From positions 19,858,350-19,922,349 of the forward strand of contig NC_068981.1 in NCBI RefSeq assembly GCF_001194135.2: 64,000 bases of DNA, read 5' to 3'. Position numbers and translations under genes: made by a program. This DNA comes from Octopus bimaculoides (Eukaryota). Shown one piece after another: positions 14,196-27,783 of this stretch (position 1 is its first letter; each line of letters starts with the position of its first letter). The notes below the pieces were generated by a model. That model worked only from the letters and a program-made list of their open reading frames with translations. It had not been told where the DNA came from and made no database searches.

Positions 14196-15399
14196 TATAT
14201 AATGTACACACAAACACACAATTTTTAATCAACAAATGAGAGAAAGATAAATCCATATATGTAACTATTTTGTATTTATATATCATCATTTTATTTTTGT
14301 TTTCCATGATGGCATGTGTTGGATAAGTGTCATGATCCAAATCCTTTCTTTTTAGGAACTCCTGCTTTTATAGACTGGTACTTATACATGTCATTTTGGG
14401 TTATATTCTATAGCTAGATGACTTTCCTATCATCAGCCACTTTAAAGTGTATACTGTGTAGATTTTCTAGTGACACAAACAGCAAAGGGGTTGGTAAGTC
14501 CTTAGTGAGACAGTGTTAAAAGAACCTTGCAATCCTACAGCTCCACTCATTTTCCATATACTTTACAGTTTATACTAGGTGCAGTTTTTCTGGCACCAAC
14601 ACTAGAGAGGTTATCACATCCTCAGTGAAACAGGACTAAAGGATCTCTCAACCCTACTTTATCTATGTTCTCTCATCAGAGAACTCAGTAACCAAAGACA
14701 TACTTTTACTCAGGTAATAGGATTAAAGTCTGAATGGGTGAGTGAAAAGAGCATGAGCAGAATGGTAGATACAGTTAGTGGAGTGGAGATAGGAAGGGAG
14801 TATTGGGCAATAACGGTGTTGGATGAAGCAAAAGTAGATGATGGATGACAAACAGAAGCAGTTCAGAGAATGAGAGAGAAAGAGAGTGTGGTGGACGGTA
14901 GGTCAGACAGGGGGAAGTCAAGCAGTTGGGATGCAGATGGTTAAATGCTTAGAGATGCGTAGAGTGAGAAGGACTATCCAATGCAGTCCCTTAAACATGA
15001 GCTAGTGAAGGAAGAGTGTGGTAGATTAAAGAGGATGGTGACAAGGAGGGTTAGGCAGTGCAATGAGGATGGTTGTGATGGTGGGGAACTATTTGTCATT
15101 TGCAAGCATCACAGATGATGAGATGCCAGATGGGAAGATATGAGTGATAGGGAAATGATTGAAGTGAGTGAGGAGATGGATAGAGGATGAAACATGTGCA
15201 CAGGTAGAGTGATGGGAATAGATCGATAGTCTCCCATACAGTGGCCTAACAAAAGGTGGGAGTGGCAGTTTGATGGGATGGTGGTAAGGAGGAGCAGCCA
15301 TTCATTGTTTGTAATCATCATTGGTGTTCGGGAGATAAGAGGTGGAGTGGTATGAATGATTGAGAGATGATTGAAGTGAATGGGGAGATGGGTGAAAGA

Positions 15400-15465
<66 letters not shown>

Positions 15466-16192
15466 CAGTTTTAGGATTTTTGCCAGATAATCACTGGAAA
15501 TGAACCAGTTGTAATTTACTTGAAACTGTATGTATTTCCCATGCAATATTTGTATTTTAAACATGTTTACATCATTTTTTTTTTCCCTTTGTGTGTTGGT
15601 GAGAATAATAGTCCATCAAAAACAGGGAAACAAAAGCCTGTGAAAACATACTTTCTGATGTGACATAATTACAGTTAGCAGTTTATTTACAGTACATACA
15701 AGGTGTATAAGTTGGCAGTGGTGTAACCATCTCAGCTCTTGTACTTGTAAATAGTTAGTGAAACCTTCAGACAATATTATGTGCAATGATTACCCCTTCA
15801 TTTTAATCCAGACACAGAGAACAGCTACAGCCATAAATTATTGGAGACAAAAGAATATTGGTGAATTAGTAATTATATGGGTTAGGGTTGTCTTATGTTT
15901 GAAGCTTACACACTCATTCAGGTATGCCCACACAAGCTTACACGAATAAATATAGCTAAGGTCTATTGGCAATTGGTACAAAATGAAAATGAAAACCAAC
16001 GAGAAATAACCTTGTTACCAATGCAAGTAGGTTTTCTCCGACCTGTTTATGATGATCCGTTATTACTATTATTTCGACTTTGCTTTCATCCTTTCAGGGT
16101 TGACTAAATAAGTCCCAGTTAAGTACTGGGATCAATGTACTTGACTTATCCCCTTCCCCAAAATTTCAGGCCTTGTATCAATACTAGAAAGG

Positions 16193-16230
<38 letters not shown>

Positions 16231-16231
<1 letters not shown>

Positions 16232-16486
16232 TTATGTTTGACTTTTGTTTTGCATTTGTACAAGTTGGATCCAAGTCTCACCCAGAGACCTCAAGAGACA
16301 ACAAGTTAGAAGTTCATGTAGGTGTTATGCCTAGGGTACCATATATTTGGATTTGTACAGTTTTGTTCAAGTGAATGTTTAAGAAACCATAAGAAAATTA
16401 TGTGTTTGCTTTAAAATTTGAGATCACATAGACAGTATTTTACGTAGGATATGGGCAGTTCCCATGAACACTATCTTTTGAACTTC
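16231..16486 (-). mobile_element. Third R4/Dong-like 3' end
   Basis: EVQKIVFMGTAHILRKILSM* followed by a distinct 3' UTR and a (TAA)n tail; the 5' part is lost in a gap. Confidence 0.75.
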
Positions 16487-16511
16487 NNNNNNNNNNNNNN
16501 NNNNNNNNNNN

Positions 16512-16561
<50 letters not shown>

Positions 16562-16587
16562 CATTATTATTATTATTATTATTATTA

Positions 16588-17140
16588 TAGATGTTATTGT
16601 GTGGTTCCACTGTACATGTACCTGTGCGTAGCTCTGTGAAGCTTGGGTACACTGTGTTTTGTCTTCTTCCATTTGTGGGCTTTTCAATTATATTGAAAGT
16701 ATTCTATATAATATATGTTCAGTGCCTAATAGTATTATTTTCTGTATTATGATGTAAGTCTTAGTGTTTCGGTTATATATTTGACTGTTGTTTATTTTTT
16801 CGTTATTATTCTCAAAGCACCTTTTATTGTGGGAGATTGTTTCTGTTTTTATATCATTATTATTGTTCAGTAGCTTTATTTTTATAACGGGCTTTCACTT
16901 CACTACCAAGAGCAGCTCTGTGTGCCTTGGGTATGCGCTGTGGTTTGCTGTGATACTATTATGGTATTGAAAGCGTTCTGTGTAGGATCTGTGCAGTGCC
17001 CAGCAGTGCAATTTTCTGTATGTCATATATATTTGTAACTCCTGGTGTTTTTGTTATGTATTTGTCTGAATAAGTTTTTATTATACCTAAGGCACCTACT
17101 ATGATAGGAATTGTTTCTGTTTTTAGATTCCACATTCAAG
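16588..17140 (-). mobile_element. Second R4/Dong-like 3' end (different subfamily)
   Basis: Open 58-codon stretch 16959-17135: MWNLKTETIPIIVGALGIIKTYSDKYITKTPGVTNIYDIQKIALLGTAQILHRTLSIP*. (TAA)n lies on both sides. Confidence 0.8.
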
Positions 17141-17375
17141 TTATTATTATTATTATTAAGGCAGCAAGGTGGCAGAATTGTTAGCACGCTGGGCAAAATG
17201 CTTAGCAGTATTTTGTCCGTCTTTACATTCTGAGTTCAAATTTCTCCAGAGTCAATAAATAAATACCAGTTGGGTAATGGAGTTGATGTAATCGACTAAC
17301 CCCCTCCTCCAAATTTCAGGTCTTACTTTTGCCTATAGTAGAAAGGATTATTATTATTATTATTATTATTATTAT

Positions 17376-17817
17376 TTTTTAATACATCGCACAGTATCCA
17401 ATATTGTGATGTTGATTGAAGATATTGTGTCTACCAGGGGTTTGTACTGTCTGTCAAGTCACAAAAGAATCTCAGGCAGACAGTACATTATGCAATATGC
17501 GTGCTGTTCCAGGTAATGCTGATTTTTGCAATACACTTAGATTGTAAGGTATTTTAAAGTTTCCAGATGTTTTTTCAGGTTGGGTAGTATTGAACCCAAT
17601 GCTCCAATGACAACAGGGACAGCCTTTCTGTTTGACACTCATAGCTGCCACATCTTAGTGATCTCAATTGTCAGATCTCCATATTTATCAGTCTTTTCTC
17701 TTTCTTTCATGATAATATTTTGATCTCCTAGCACTGCCACGTCGATTATTAGGCACTCTTGTTTGTCCCTCCAAATGGTTACTATGTCCGGCCTTTGGTA
17801 CTCTAACACTTTGTCTT
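17376..17817 (-). mobile_element. R4/Dong-like non-LTR retrotransposon 3' end with restriction-like endonuclease
   Basis: Minus strand RPDIVTIWRDKQECLIIDVAVLGDQNIIMKEREKTDKYGDL...VPVVIGALGSI...LQKSALPGTARILHNVLSA* (one in-frame stop, one frameshift). Carries the PD..D..K REL motif and is flanked by (TAA)n-type repeats. Confidence 0.85.
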
Positions 17818-17818
17818 A

Positions 17819-17855
<37 letters not shown>

Positions 17856-18283
17856 GGCAGCTAGCTGACAGAATTGTTAGCATGCCAGGCAAGATGCATA
17901 GTGGCATTTCATCCATTTGTATGTTCTGAGTTCAAATTCTGCCAAGATCGACTTTGCCTTTCATCCTTTCGGGATCGATAAAATAAGTACCAATTGAACA
18001 TTGGGGTCAATGTAATCACCTTAGCCCCTCTCCCAAATCTGCTAGCCATGTGCCAGAATGTGAACCCTTTTTTTTTCTCTTCTCTTTTTATCTCAGGTTT
18101 TGTTGTAACTCTTGGAGTCTTGCATGCATTGTGGGTTTGCTGCCTGCAGCCTACAGTTCCATGCTATCTGTTCTTTTAAACTATCTAATACTTACCTGTT
18201 TATTCTACTCGTGCTAAGGAAACAAACTTCTTTGTAACAGTTCTCCTGAGCACTCTATTCCAATTTCCTTTATATTTTTTTGA

Positions 18284-18328
<45 letters not shown>

Positions 18329-18344
18329 GATGATGATGGTGATG

Positions 18345-18558
18345 AAGGTGGTGAAGTGGTAGAATTGTTAGCGAGCCAGCAAAATGCTTAGCAGTATTTT
18401 GTCTGCTGCAATGTTCTGAGTTCAAATTCCACTAAAGTCGACTTTGCCTTTCATCCTTTTGGGGGTTGATAAATTAAGTACCAGTGAAACACTGGGGTTG
18501 ATGTAATCGACTAGTCCTCTCTCCCACATTTTAGGCCTTGTGCCTACAGTAGAAAGGA
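18345..18558 (+). mobile_element. tRNA-derived SINE family B with Deu/Nin-like central motif; representative copy
   Basis: A box TGG(C/T)AGAAT, B box GAGTTCAAATTCC, central GACTTTGCCTTTCATCCTTT.GGGG..GATAAATTAAGTACCAG. Other copies at about 16035-16194, 17158-17347, 17854-18050 and 47240-47450 (+), and 22950-23100, 35512-35700, 35735-35940 and 58790-58975 (-). Confidence 0.8.
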
Positions 18559-18819
18559 TCATTATCATCGTCATCTTCATCATTATTATTATTAAAGGTA
18601 ACAAGCTGGCAGAATCATTAGCAGAGTTAGATTTGAAGGAGATTTGACAGAAATTTATTGTAGGTCAAGCAGTTGTGTATAGGTTCCTTCAGTGATTTCA
18701 TTGGCTTCTCTTCTCTATGACATTCGTGGCTTACATAGAAGAAATAGTACAGAAACCAAGGTAATGCACAAATACACTTAGAGCCCTCAATGTTTCCACA
18801 TTAGCCAACAGAAATAAAT

Positions 18820-19120
18820 GAACAGCAATGGGTTCAGTTTTATACCCCACTCTCTACCTTCTATACACGAAAGTTACTGTCACCTTCAACAACATTTACT
18901 CATACACAGATCATTTCACCCTTTATTCCTCACTTAATTTTCAGCTCACAAGTATTATCTACATACTACTTAAGCACCTCATGTTAAATTTACATTTCAT
19001 GAGCAGTAATTTCCAAAAACATCCTCCAATGGAGTCATACCAATCTTTTCTCTTTCAACAACACAAAGACAAAGTTACCAAACATCTAGAAAGCGTTATT
19101 GTGCCCTACTCTACCTAAAC
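18820..19120 (+). mobile_element. CR1/L2-like LINE reverse transcriptase relic
   Basis: GSVLYPTLYLLY...IYSYTDHFTLYSS resembles the QGSVL.P.LFLL..ND.....SYADD.TL.SS RT motif block. Confidence 0.55.
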
Positions 19121-19779
19121 ATGAGCAGATTAGGAGAGTCAGTATAGGCTACTTGCATAGTCACCGACTCTCTTCATCAAACTAAGAAAATACAATTCTG
19201 ATGAATGATTGCTGGCACGGACTATTTTCAATAGAGCGAGGGGATTGGTTTGTTACTAAGAGAGGTTGTAAAATGAATTAGAGAGAGTGGTGGAGGGAAG
19301 AATTATGATAATTATGAAGAATTTATTTACACTATCTGTCAAGCAGATTTATTGATTTTCTCACTCTCTTCTTTAAGTTAGATTAAGTATATAATAAATT
19401 ATCTCAGGTCATGATATATATAATTCATCAAATAGTTTTGTCTTCAACAAATAAATCTTGTTATAGAAAAATTTCTCTACTTTAGTTTTGATTTCCTTAT
19501 CGTTTCTGAAGGAACAATATTTGTTGTTTTTAGTTTGGTATATATTCCATTATTTCTTATAATTGCTTCAGTAATTAATGTTTTCTAACTTTAACACATG
19601 GCCACCTGTTTTGGGAGAGTGATGTGGTCATTTAAATTGACCACAGTACTTGGTTAGTACTCATTTTATCAACCCCAATCAATGGCACAACATAGGTTTT
19701 GGTTGCCTTGTGTGACAACCAAATTGGCTGCCCTACCCCCAAAAACATAATAAACCTTTGACTATAGCAAACACATATA

Positions 19780-20680
19780 TACTATGAGTACCAAAAAGTA
19801 AAGTCATATTTTCAAGCAAATAATCTGATGTCATTCCACAAATAGTTTAGAAACCAATAAAGGGTATCTTTGCAACCACCCAATCAGCATAAAGTTAATG
19901 ACCAATTGTTAATATGGACACATGCTCTGTGTGTGTGTGTGTGTGATAGTCCATGGGAGACAAGGTTTAGTGTGCTATGTATTCGGCATTGCGTGCTTTA
20001 TGAATTTTATAAGGACAACAAAGCAACATGCAGAAGGGAAAACATATATGTGCATATCCTGATAGTGTAAGTGTTTGGAAATGCCAAAGCTGGTTTAACA
20101 AATTCAAAAATGGTGATTTCAATCTTTTGGAACCACGAAGACCACCTGTTCTCGATAACGACACAGTGAAGACAGCAATTGAAGAGGATCTGTCAAAGTA
20201 TTGGGGACTTATCCTGGAGTTTTAATAAACCTTGGTCCACTGTCAAGGTCATCACTAGCAGACTGAGATCAGTGGATAGAGAAGAAAAGTGGGTACCTCA
20301 TGAGTTGTCCTCTAAGAATAAAGCAGTGTGTTCTATAAGATAAACCAAGAATAGATAAATTCATTAGACTTGAAAGTTCTACCTCACCCTCCCTATTCAC
20401 CAGACCTAGTACCATCAGATTTTCAATTATTCAGGTGACTTGAACACTTTACCAATGGAAAAAAACATTCATGGGCAGGGACAATACTGAAGCAGCACTC
20501 CAAACGCTGTTCTTTTAAAGAACCTGGTTTTTTGGGGTTTTTTGCCCAAGAAATTAGAAAACTGGTTTCAAGGTGGGGAAACAATGGCAATTATATTTGA
20601 ATTAATAAAACTATATATGTTTTATATAGATTTGAAATCATTACATGAAGTGTAACATTACTTTTTGGTACCTCCTAATA
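19780..20680 (+). mobile_element. Mariner (DD34D-type) transposon, internally deleted and frameshifted
   Basis: Terminal inverted repeats share the exact core GTACCAAAAAGTAA (19788-19801 and 20658-20671), and TA follows the right end. Peptide relics include IRHCVLYEF, CQSWFNKFKNGDFNL (HTH), KWVPHEL and LPHPPYSPDLVPSDF. Confidence 0.9.
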
Positions 20681-22227
20681 TAAAATGGCCGTCCTTGGAT
20701 AGCCTGTACCCCCCATGCTATGTCATTGAGCTCAAAAAGAAAGAAAGGATAAGTCGATCCTGGCAGGATTTGAAAATGGGACACAATAACTAAATTCTGC
20801 AGGAAATTTTGTACAACACTTTACCAAATTCATAATCCACCACTACAAATTTGTTAACCATCACTCATTACTATAGTAGATATTGTTAACATCATTTTAA
20901 CTTTCTTTTATCTGAATTTGTTGGTCTAACAATTTGGAATAACCAGAGATAACAAGAGAAAAATAAACATTAAAGGAAGGAAACTGTTAAAATTCTATAG
21001 TCAAATTTACATTGTTAACATTAGGAAACATAACATTATTAAATAGTAGTTAATTAACTGGAATGGGAAAAAAATGGAAAGTTCTTTTTCTAACTTCCTG
21101 TAAATGGTGATTAGATATTTAAGTTTTGACTATGGAATCTATATCTCAACTCTTTGATGGCTTCAATTATTCAGTTCTTCATACACCATGCAAGAGACAA
21201 AAGAGAAGGTATTTGGGAAGAGATAATGTATTTGGAAAGAGGTAATCTATTAAAATAACATTATTTATTTATTTATTTTTGACTAAACTATTCAGTTGGC
21301 CATAAACAGTTCAATGTCAGAAGGTTAACACAATATTTTATTCAAACTAAAAATAAATTAAAATTTTTTATAAAGTTAGGCTTTAATTAACAAATTGGAT
21401 TATGTGTTTTGGCAGTTGTGTAGAAAATGAAATAATAAATTTCTGAATTACTTCAAAGACTATTTTGCCAAACTATCCAATATAGCAAAGCATCTCACCT
21501 TAATAGGGAAACTAGGAAATAATTCTTTAATACCCAAACTACGAAACATTTTAATATCCTAACTAGAAAAATATGTAAACTTCACATCCAAACTAGGAAA
21601 ATATCTTACACTAACATTATGAGGGAATGTATTACTACTATTTTAACAGATCCATCAGAGTGTTTACTCAACTTTTTCAAAAATCATGTCATGTATTGAT
21701 TTTAAATTGATGATAATGTTTCTTTCTTTTTTTTTTTTAATTCATTACTTGATTCTTTTTTTTAATAAATTAATTTTTAGAAAATGAATTTCCAGAGAAT
21801 CAAAAAAGAAATGAATATAAATTAAAATGAAACAAAATTAGACATTGCTAATTAAATCAAAAGAGTTATGTAATCAATGAATGATAAATGTGATACAAAA
21901 TATCTGAAATACATAGAGGGATGTGGGTGTGGTGTGGAGAAAGGTTGAAAAATGTGGGAGATAAAGGATACAAATTTGGTAATAGATGACATGGTTGAAG
22001 AATTAATGAAAGATGTAGCTGAGATACAATCAAATAAAAAAATTTAAAAAACCCTGAAGTTTCTAAATATTCATTGGATTTCCTACTTACATTTGATGAA
22101 TGTAGTTTAAGAGAAGAACTGGCTGAAAGAAAGATCTGATGATTGAAAGAGGGAGAATCCTATAGTGATATAAATACTGTTTACTCTGACAGAATGTGTA
22201 AGGGAGATGCAGGTGGTGGTGGTGATG

Positions 22228-22413
<186 letters not shown>

Positions 22414-22542
22414 AAGAGATTTGCTTATTTTACAAAGAGGAGAGGAATACAGCTTATTTTAGGATAGGAGTATAATTGGCTGCAAGGTAAGGGTACTGTT
22501 TGTTTTAAGGTAGAAAAAAGTTAGCTGCAGAACAGGAGTACA

Positions 22543-22655
22543 GCTGGTTGTAAGGTCGAAGTATGGCTTGTTGTAAGGTGGAATATAGCTAGTTGTAGGG
22601 TAGAGTGGAGCTAATTGTAGGGCAGGAATGGAGCTAGTTTTAGGTTAGGATAGCT
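22543..22655. repeat. About 22-23-bp degenerate minisatellite
   Basis: GCT.GTTGTA.GG...GA.T..A repeated about 5 times. Confidence 0.7.
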
Positions 22656-23380
22656 ACTGTTATTTCTGCTGAGTAACTCCTGTCCAATAAACTCTCATGT
22701 ACATTTAACAGGCGTAGTCCTGACTACTTTAGTAAACCACAGCCAATCTGATATTGATAACATTATGCACAATCTGACATGGTGATAGTGGTAGTCAATC
22801 TCTTGATTGAACTACAAATGCTGTTTCCATTGGTTTTTTTGAAATGCTGATACTATTTTTAGTTACAATTTCTGGCAGAAGTGTCATCATTTATTGATCT
22901 TGGAGTGGGAGCACAGAGCTGGAATGGATACTGTAAGGCATCCTGACTGACTTTCTAACAATTTGGCCAATCCACCACCCTAGACTGGTGGTAATTATTT
23001 TATTAACTGTGAAAGGTTGAAAAGTGAAGTTGATCTTGATAGGATTTTAACTCAGTGCATAGAAAGTCAGAAGAAATACTGCCATGCACTGTGCTCAGCA
23101 TTCTATTGACTTTGTAAAAATGCATATATAAAAGTTATGAAACCTATTGAGACAGAAACATATGTCCACAGCTGTCCTCTTGTCTTCAGATAATCAGATT
23201 ATCTTTCACTTATTAATATATCAATTCTGAAGAAATATTGATACCTTTGTTTTATCTTTTCTGGAAAGGATGGTGATTTCAGATTTAAAAATTATCTTGT
23301 ATAGTATCTAATATACCTTCATTCATCTGTGTGTGTGTGTGTGTATTTTGTGTGTATATTTATATATTTCTATATATATG

Positions 23381-24252
23381 CAGAGGATGGTGAATAAATA
23401 GTTGTTTAAATTACACAAAAATGAAAATAACGCTGACACCTCATTTTAACAGATATATTTACCAAAATGACATAAAAATATCTTGAAATACTAAAGAGTA
23501 AATTTATTCAATAAAATCACTATTGGCTTCAACCAGACAACTTGGGAATCTCTTGCAATTCTTCTGGACAGTTTCCTTGTTTAAGTTGAATGCTGCCATA
23601 ATCTTTGTATTCAGTTCATCTTTGGTGTTAGAAGGAGTTTTGTTGATATCTTATTCAACTGTGCCCAACACATAATAATCAAGGGGTTTGCAGTCTGGGG
23701 AGTTAAGTGGCCCAGATGTTAGGGGTGATGTGGTCGCAGAAATTGTCTGACAGCCATGACTGGGTTCTCCTGCTTGTGCAGCATGGTGCAGAGTCCTGTT
23801 GCCAGACATAGGGTCTTCCAGCAGCCACCCTCTTCACCCAGGGCAGCACTACCTCCTCCAGGCATTTCATGTAGGCCTCCATATTGAATGTGAAGTTGTG
23901 TAGGAAGATGAATGGAGGCATAACGCTGGCATTACTAGTGATTACTCCAATCACCATGATGTTGACTGGATGTTTGATTTTTCTCATTCTCGGTACATGA
24001 CTTCTGTTTGCACTGCCCTCAGATTGACATCCAGACACTTTGAAATGTTCATATTGGGGTCTCCGGTGTGAATGCTAAGCAGTACTGCATGTCATTTCCA
24101 AATTTCTAGCAGAGTGAATTGCGTCATGGTGCTGTTTTTCTCAAAGACGACACCCAACTGACCCTACAATACTGTGCAGTCGACAAAATCAAAATTAAAC
24201 GATGCGCAAAATTAAAAATATAAAATGGTGGCAATTTATTCATCACACCCGG
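23381..24252 (-). mobile_element. Tc1/mariner maT (DD37D)-like transposon, deletion derivative
   Basis: ORF 23703-24038 contains HPVNIMVIGVITS...WQQDSAPC...WLSDNFCDHITPNIW, and the C-terminus DFIE* lies at about 23504. Imperfect TIRs are CAGAGGATGGTGAATAAATAG and the reverse complement of CAATTTATTCATCACACCCGG, with TA next to the right end. Confidence 0.88.
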
Positions 24253-26136
24253 TATACACACACACATATACATACATGTGCATACTCACACACATGCACA
24301 TTCTTACACACACACACACATATTTGACTACATTTTTTTGTCTATTTTATTAAGTAATACAAGTTTTGCTGAAGCAATCTAACACCAGTCTCTTTGGATT
24401 CTGTTTTATCGTAAATTTGTGTGTGGGGTGACTGGCATAGTCAAATGGTTAAGGAGTTAATATTGCAATCATGAGGTCATGGGTTAAATTCCAAAATGCA
24501 AATGTGAGCAAATGTCTTTTACCACAACCTGAAGACAGCACGAAGCCTTGCGAGTGAAAATGAGTTGGTGAAACCTCATTGAAAAAGTGTCAGATGGACA
24601 GTACATAGAATTCATGGCACACAGAGTATTGTACTGATTCCTGCCAAAGTCACCTTTGCTTTTCCTTTCATTCCTTCATTACTGGCCCTGTACCTATATT
24701 AGAAGCAATTATTGGATTTCCACAATCAAACCCAGAACTTGCCTGTGTTGCTGAAGTAGCAAGAAGAGAATCTATATGTAAACCGTTGAGAAAAATCTAC
24801 ATACTTAATATAATAAACCTTTGATGTTAATTACTCAATTATACATCAGCATTTAAAACAATAGTTAATTTAGTGTTAATATATTTAATGTAGAGAAAAA
24901 TGAAAAGTCGTATTAGAAATGTCTATATGATGAAGAAAGTAAACATTATATAAATGTCTAATATATTATTTGAAGCAAGTACAAGAGATAACTCTGGTCA
25001 TCTTTTCATCTTATTAAACCTCCTCAGTGAAGTGTATACACCATGATTCTTACTGAATATAGTGATGAGGAAACACTATTAAGGCCATGGTGTGAGTTAC
25101 TTCCTTGTGATCAAACAAATAAAGGAAAATAAAATGTATCTTCTGCGCAAGTAGGTTTGTAAAAGTGGTTATAGGAAATTTTGTCATAAACATTTTTGCT
25201 GCAGGAAAATTCACTGAAAGAAATTTCATTTTAAATGACCTCGTCATGTTTTTTTAATGTTTGACGTTGAATAATGACTTGCCTATTTAATAATGCTTTT
25301 ATAAAACCTTTTATCAATCTTCTTTTATTTATTTAAAAAAAACTGTTGATAAGCTTTGTGTTATGGCAAATTTTTCTATACGGCAAAATCTCTTACAGCA
25401 AATTTTCCAGACACATGAAAAAGTAACATTCATTCTTTGGTTGTTTGCTTAATACCTGTTTGTTTTTTTTTTATCATTCTTGCATTGACAGGGAGGTATC
25501 TGAAGTAGCATTATATGGTTAGCTATTTTTCTTGTCACAGAATCCTTACCTGATTTTCATGTAACAGATTGTTTTTTTATACCACTGGGGTTCAAAAGCA
25601 CAAAGCAGCTAATCTTAATGCTGACTAGGAATGTAAATATCATGCTACTGCTTTCCTCAGGCATTGACAAGTGAACCCATGAAATTTCCACATTTCTGCA
25701 TATATGCACACACACATGTGCACACATGCATCCATGCACACACATGCACACACACACACACTTGTGTGCATGTGTCTGTTTATATGTGCATGTGTGTGCC
25801 TGTATGTTATTATATGTAATTGATTTACCGCTCTTTTGAAATTTCTGGCTTTGTACCACAATTTGAAACCATTATTATTATAATTCCCCAATTTTAGGAC
25901 TTGTGCTTATAGTAAAAAGGATTATTATTATCAGGCAGAAAAAGAAGGGAAAACAGTCTTGACGTTTTGTATACTAGTCCTTCATCAGAATAAATGAAAA
26001 AAACAGAAGTACAAGAGGTGGTTGGAAAATAAGCTCTTGTATATTATATATACATATATGTGTATATGTATATATGTGTATATGTATATATATACATATG
26101 TATATATATATGTATATGTATATGTATATATGTATC

Positions 26137-27037
26137 AGATGTGGTGTTCAAGAGAGACAACTGTGCTGGTATGGTCATGTGACGAGAATGGATGAGGATA
26201 GCTGTGTGAAAAAGTGCCACACCCTAGTGGTTGAGGGAACCTGTGGAAGNNNNNNNNNNCACACCCTAGTGGTTGAGGGAACCTGTGGAAGAGGTAGACC
26301 CAGGAAGACCTGGGATGAGGTGGTGAAGCACGACCTTTGAACATTAGGCCACTCCGAGGCAATGACTAGTGACCGAGACCTTTGGAAATATGCTGTGCAT
26401 GAGAAGACCCGGCAAGCCAAGTGAGACCATAACCTGTAGCCTTTGCCAGGGTGTAGCCAGCCCACTTATGCATACCTTTCCTTCATTGGACACTAAACTC
26501 TGCTTGCAAAGACGTGTTGGGGCAAGTGANNNNNNNNNNGGACACTAAACTCTGCTTGCAAAGACGTGTTGGGGCAAGTGAAATCGAAATCGTAATTGAA
26601 CCAAATTCGATGACTGGCACCCATGCCAGTGGAGCACTAACGGCACCATCCGAACGTGTTCATTGCCAGCGCAGCTGTCTGGCTTCCATGCCAGTGGCAC
26701 GTAAATAGCACCATTTGAGCGTGATCATTACCAGCATCTCCTTACTGGCACATGAAAAAAACATTCGAGCGAGGTCATTGCCAGTGTCGCTAGACTGGTT
26801 CCTGTGCAGGTTGCACGTAAAAAACACCATTTCAGCGTGACTGTTGCCAGTACTGCTTGACTGGCCCTCATGCCAGTGGCACGTAAAAGCATCCACTACA
26901 CTCTCGGAGTGGTTGGCATTAGGAAGGGTATCCAGCTGTAGAAACTCTGAAAGATCAGTTTGGAGCCTGGTGCAGCCATCTGGTTCGCCAGTCCTCAATC
27001 AAATCGTCCAGCCCATGCTAGCATGGAAAGTGGACAG
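26137..27037 (+). mobile_element. 5'-truncated RTE-clade LINE: ORF2 C-terminus plus long internally repetitive 3' UTR
   Basis: CGVQERQLCWYGHVTRMDEDSCVKKC...GRGRPRKTWDEVVKHDL is the typical RTE C-terminus. The 3' UTR ends in the family tail CCCATGCTAGCATGGAAAGTGGAC. Confidence 0.85.
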
Positions 27038-27040
27038 ATG

Positions 27041-27492
27041 TACTGTTATATCGATTATGTCCACCTGATTAACAAAAGAGCAAAAGATTGCGGTTTTGAA
27101 ATGATTCTGCACAAAGTTATCTGGCTATACTACAGAAGCTGCTTTTGCCATTATTACAACAGTAGGATGGAGCAGAGGGCCTGTACTTTCAGCAGGACGG
27201 GACACTGGCCCATTATACTACACTTGTGCGAGACTGGCTGGACGCCAACCTGCCCTGTTGATGGATTGGCAGGTGAGGACCACTTGAGTGGCCGTCTCAT
27301 TTGCTGGATTTGACCCCACCTGGTCTTTTCCTGTGGGGCATTCTCAAAGAGAAAGTCTACTCAACAAAGCCCCGCAACATTGCTGAACTTAAGGAACAAA
27401 TTCAAGATACCAGATAACTTTGTGCAGAACCATTTCAAAACCGAATCTTTTGCTCTTTTGTTAATCGGGTGGACATAATCGATATAAGAGTA
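27041..27492 (+). mobile_element. MITE-like Tc1/mariner derivative (rosa/DD41D-like) with about 83-bp TIRs
   Basis: 27041-27124 and 27410-27492 are near-perfect inverted repeats. The interior encodes LYFQQDGTLAHYT...VRDWLDANLP.*WIGR*GPLEWP..LDLTP..LFLWGILKEKVYSTKPRNIAELKEQIQ. Confidence 0.85.
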
Positions 27493-27783
27493 TATCTGAA
27501 ATAAGGGTAAAAAAAGAAATAAAAATATAAGATTTCAGCTTTCAAATGACATACGAAATAGAAAAATTGAATAAGTATCAACAAAGTTACAAGCAAAAGA
27601 AAATATATAGTTACTTATGGCGGACCCTGTATATATATGTGTATATATATATGTTCCCTTTCCCTTTCTCTCTCTCTGGGAGAGAGGCACAAGCACATAC
27701 ACAGACATATACACACACGGCAGTAACTTCCGCCTACCAAATTCAATCACAATGCTTCGGTCAGCTATATATATATATATATA

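Noticed and set aside
14410-14440. CTGATGA...GAAA on the minus strand resembling a hammerhead
   Set aside because: Only 3 nt between the core halves and no stems; derived from a LINE-tail repeat.
18089-18220. Strong plus-strand acceptor followed by a hydrophobic peptide
   Set aside because: All three frames hit stops without a convincing donor, and it directly follows a SINE.
26209-26300. Apparent tandem duplication of HTLVVEGTCG in the LINE ORF
   Set aside because: The duplicate straddles a 10-N gap, as does the duplicate at about 26490-26580. Both are typical contig-overlap artefacts.
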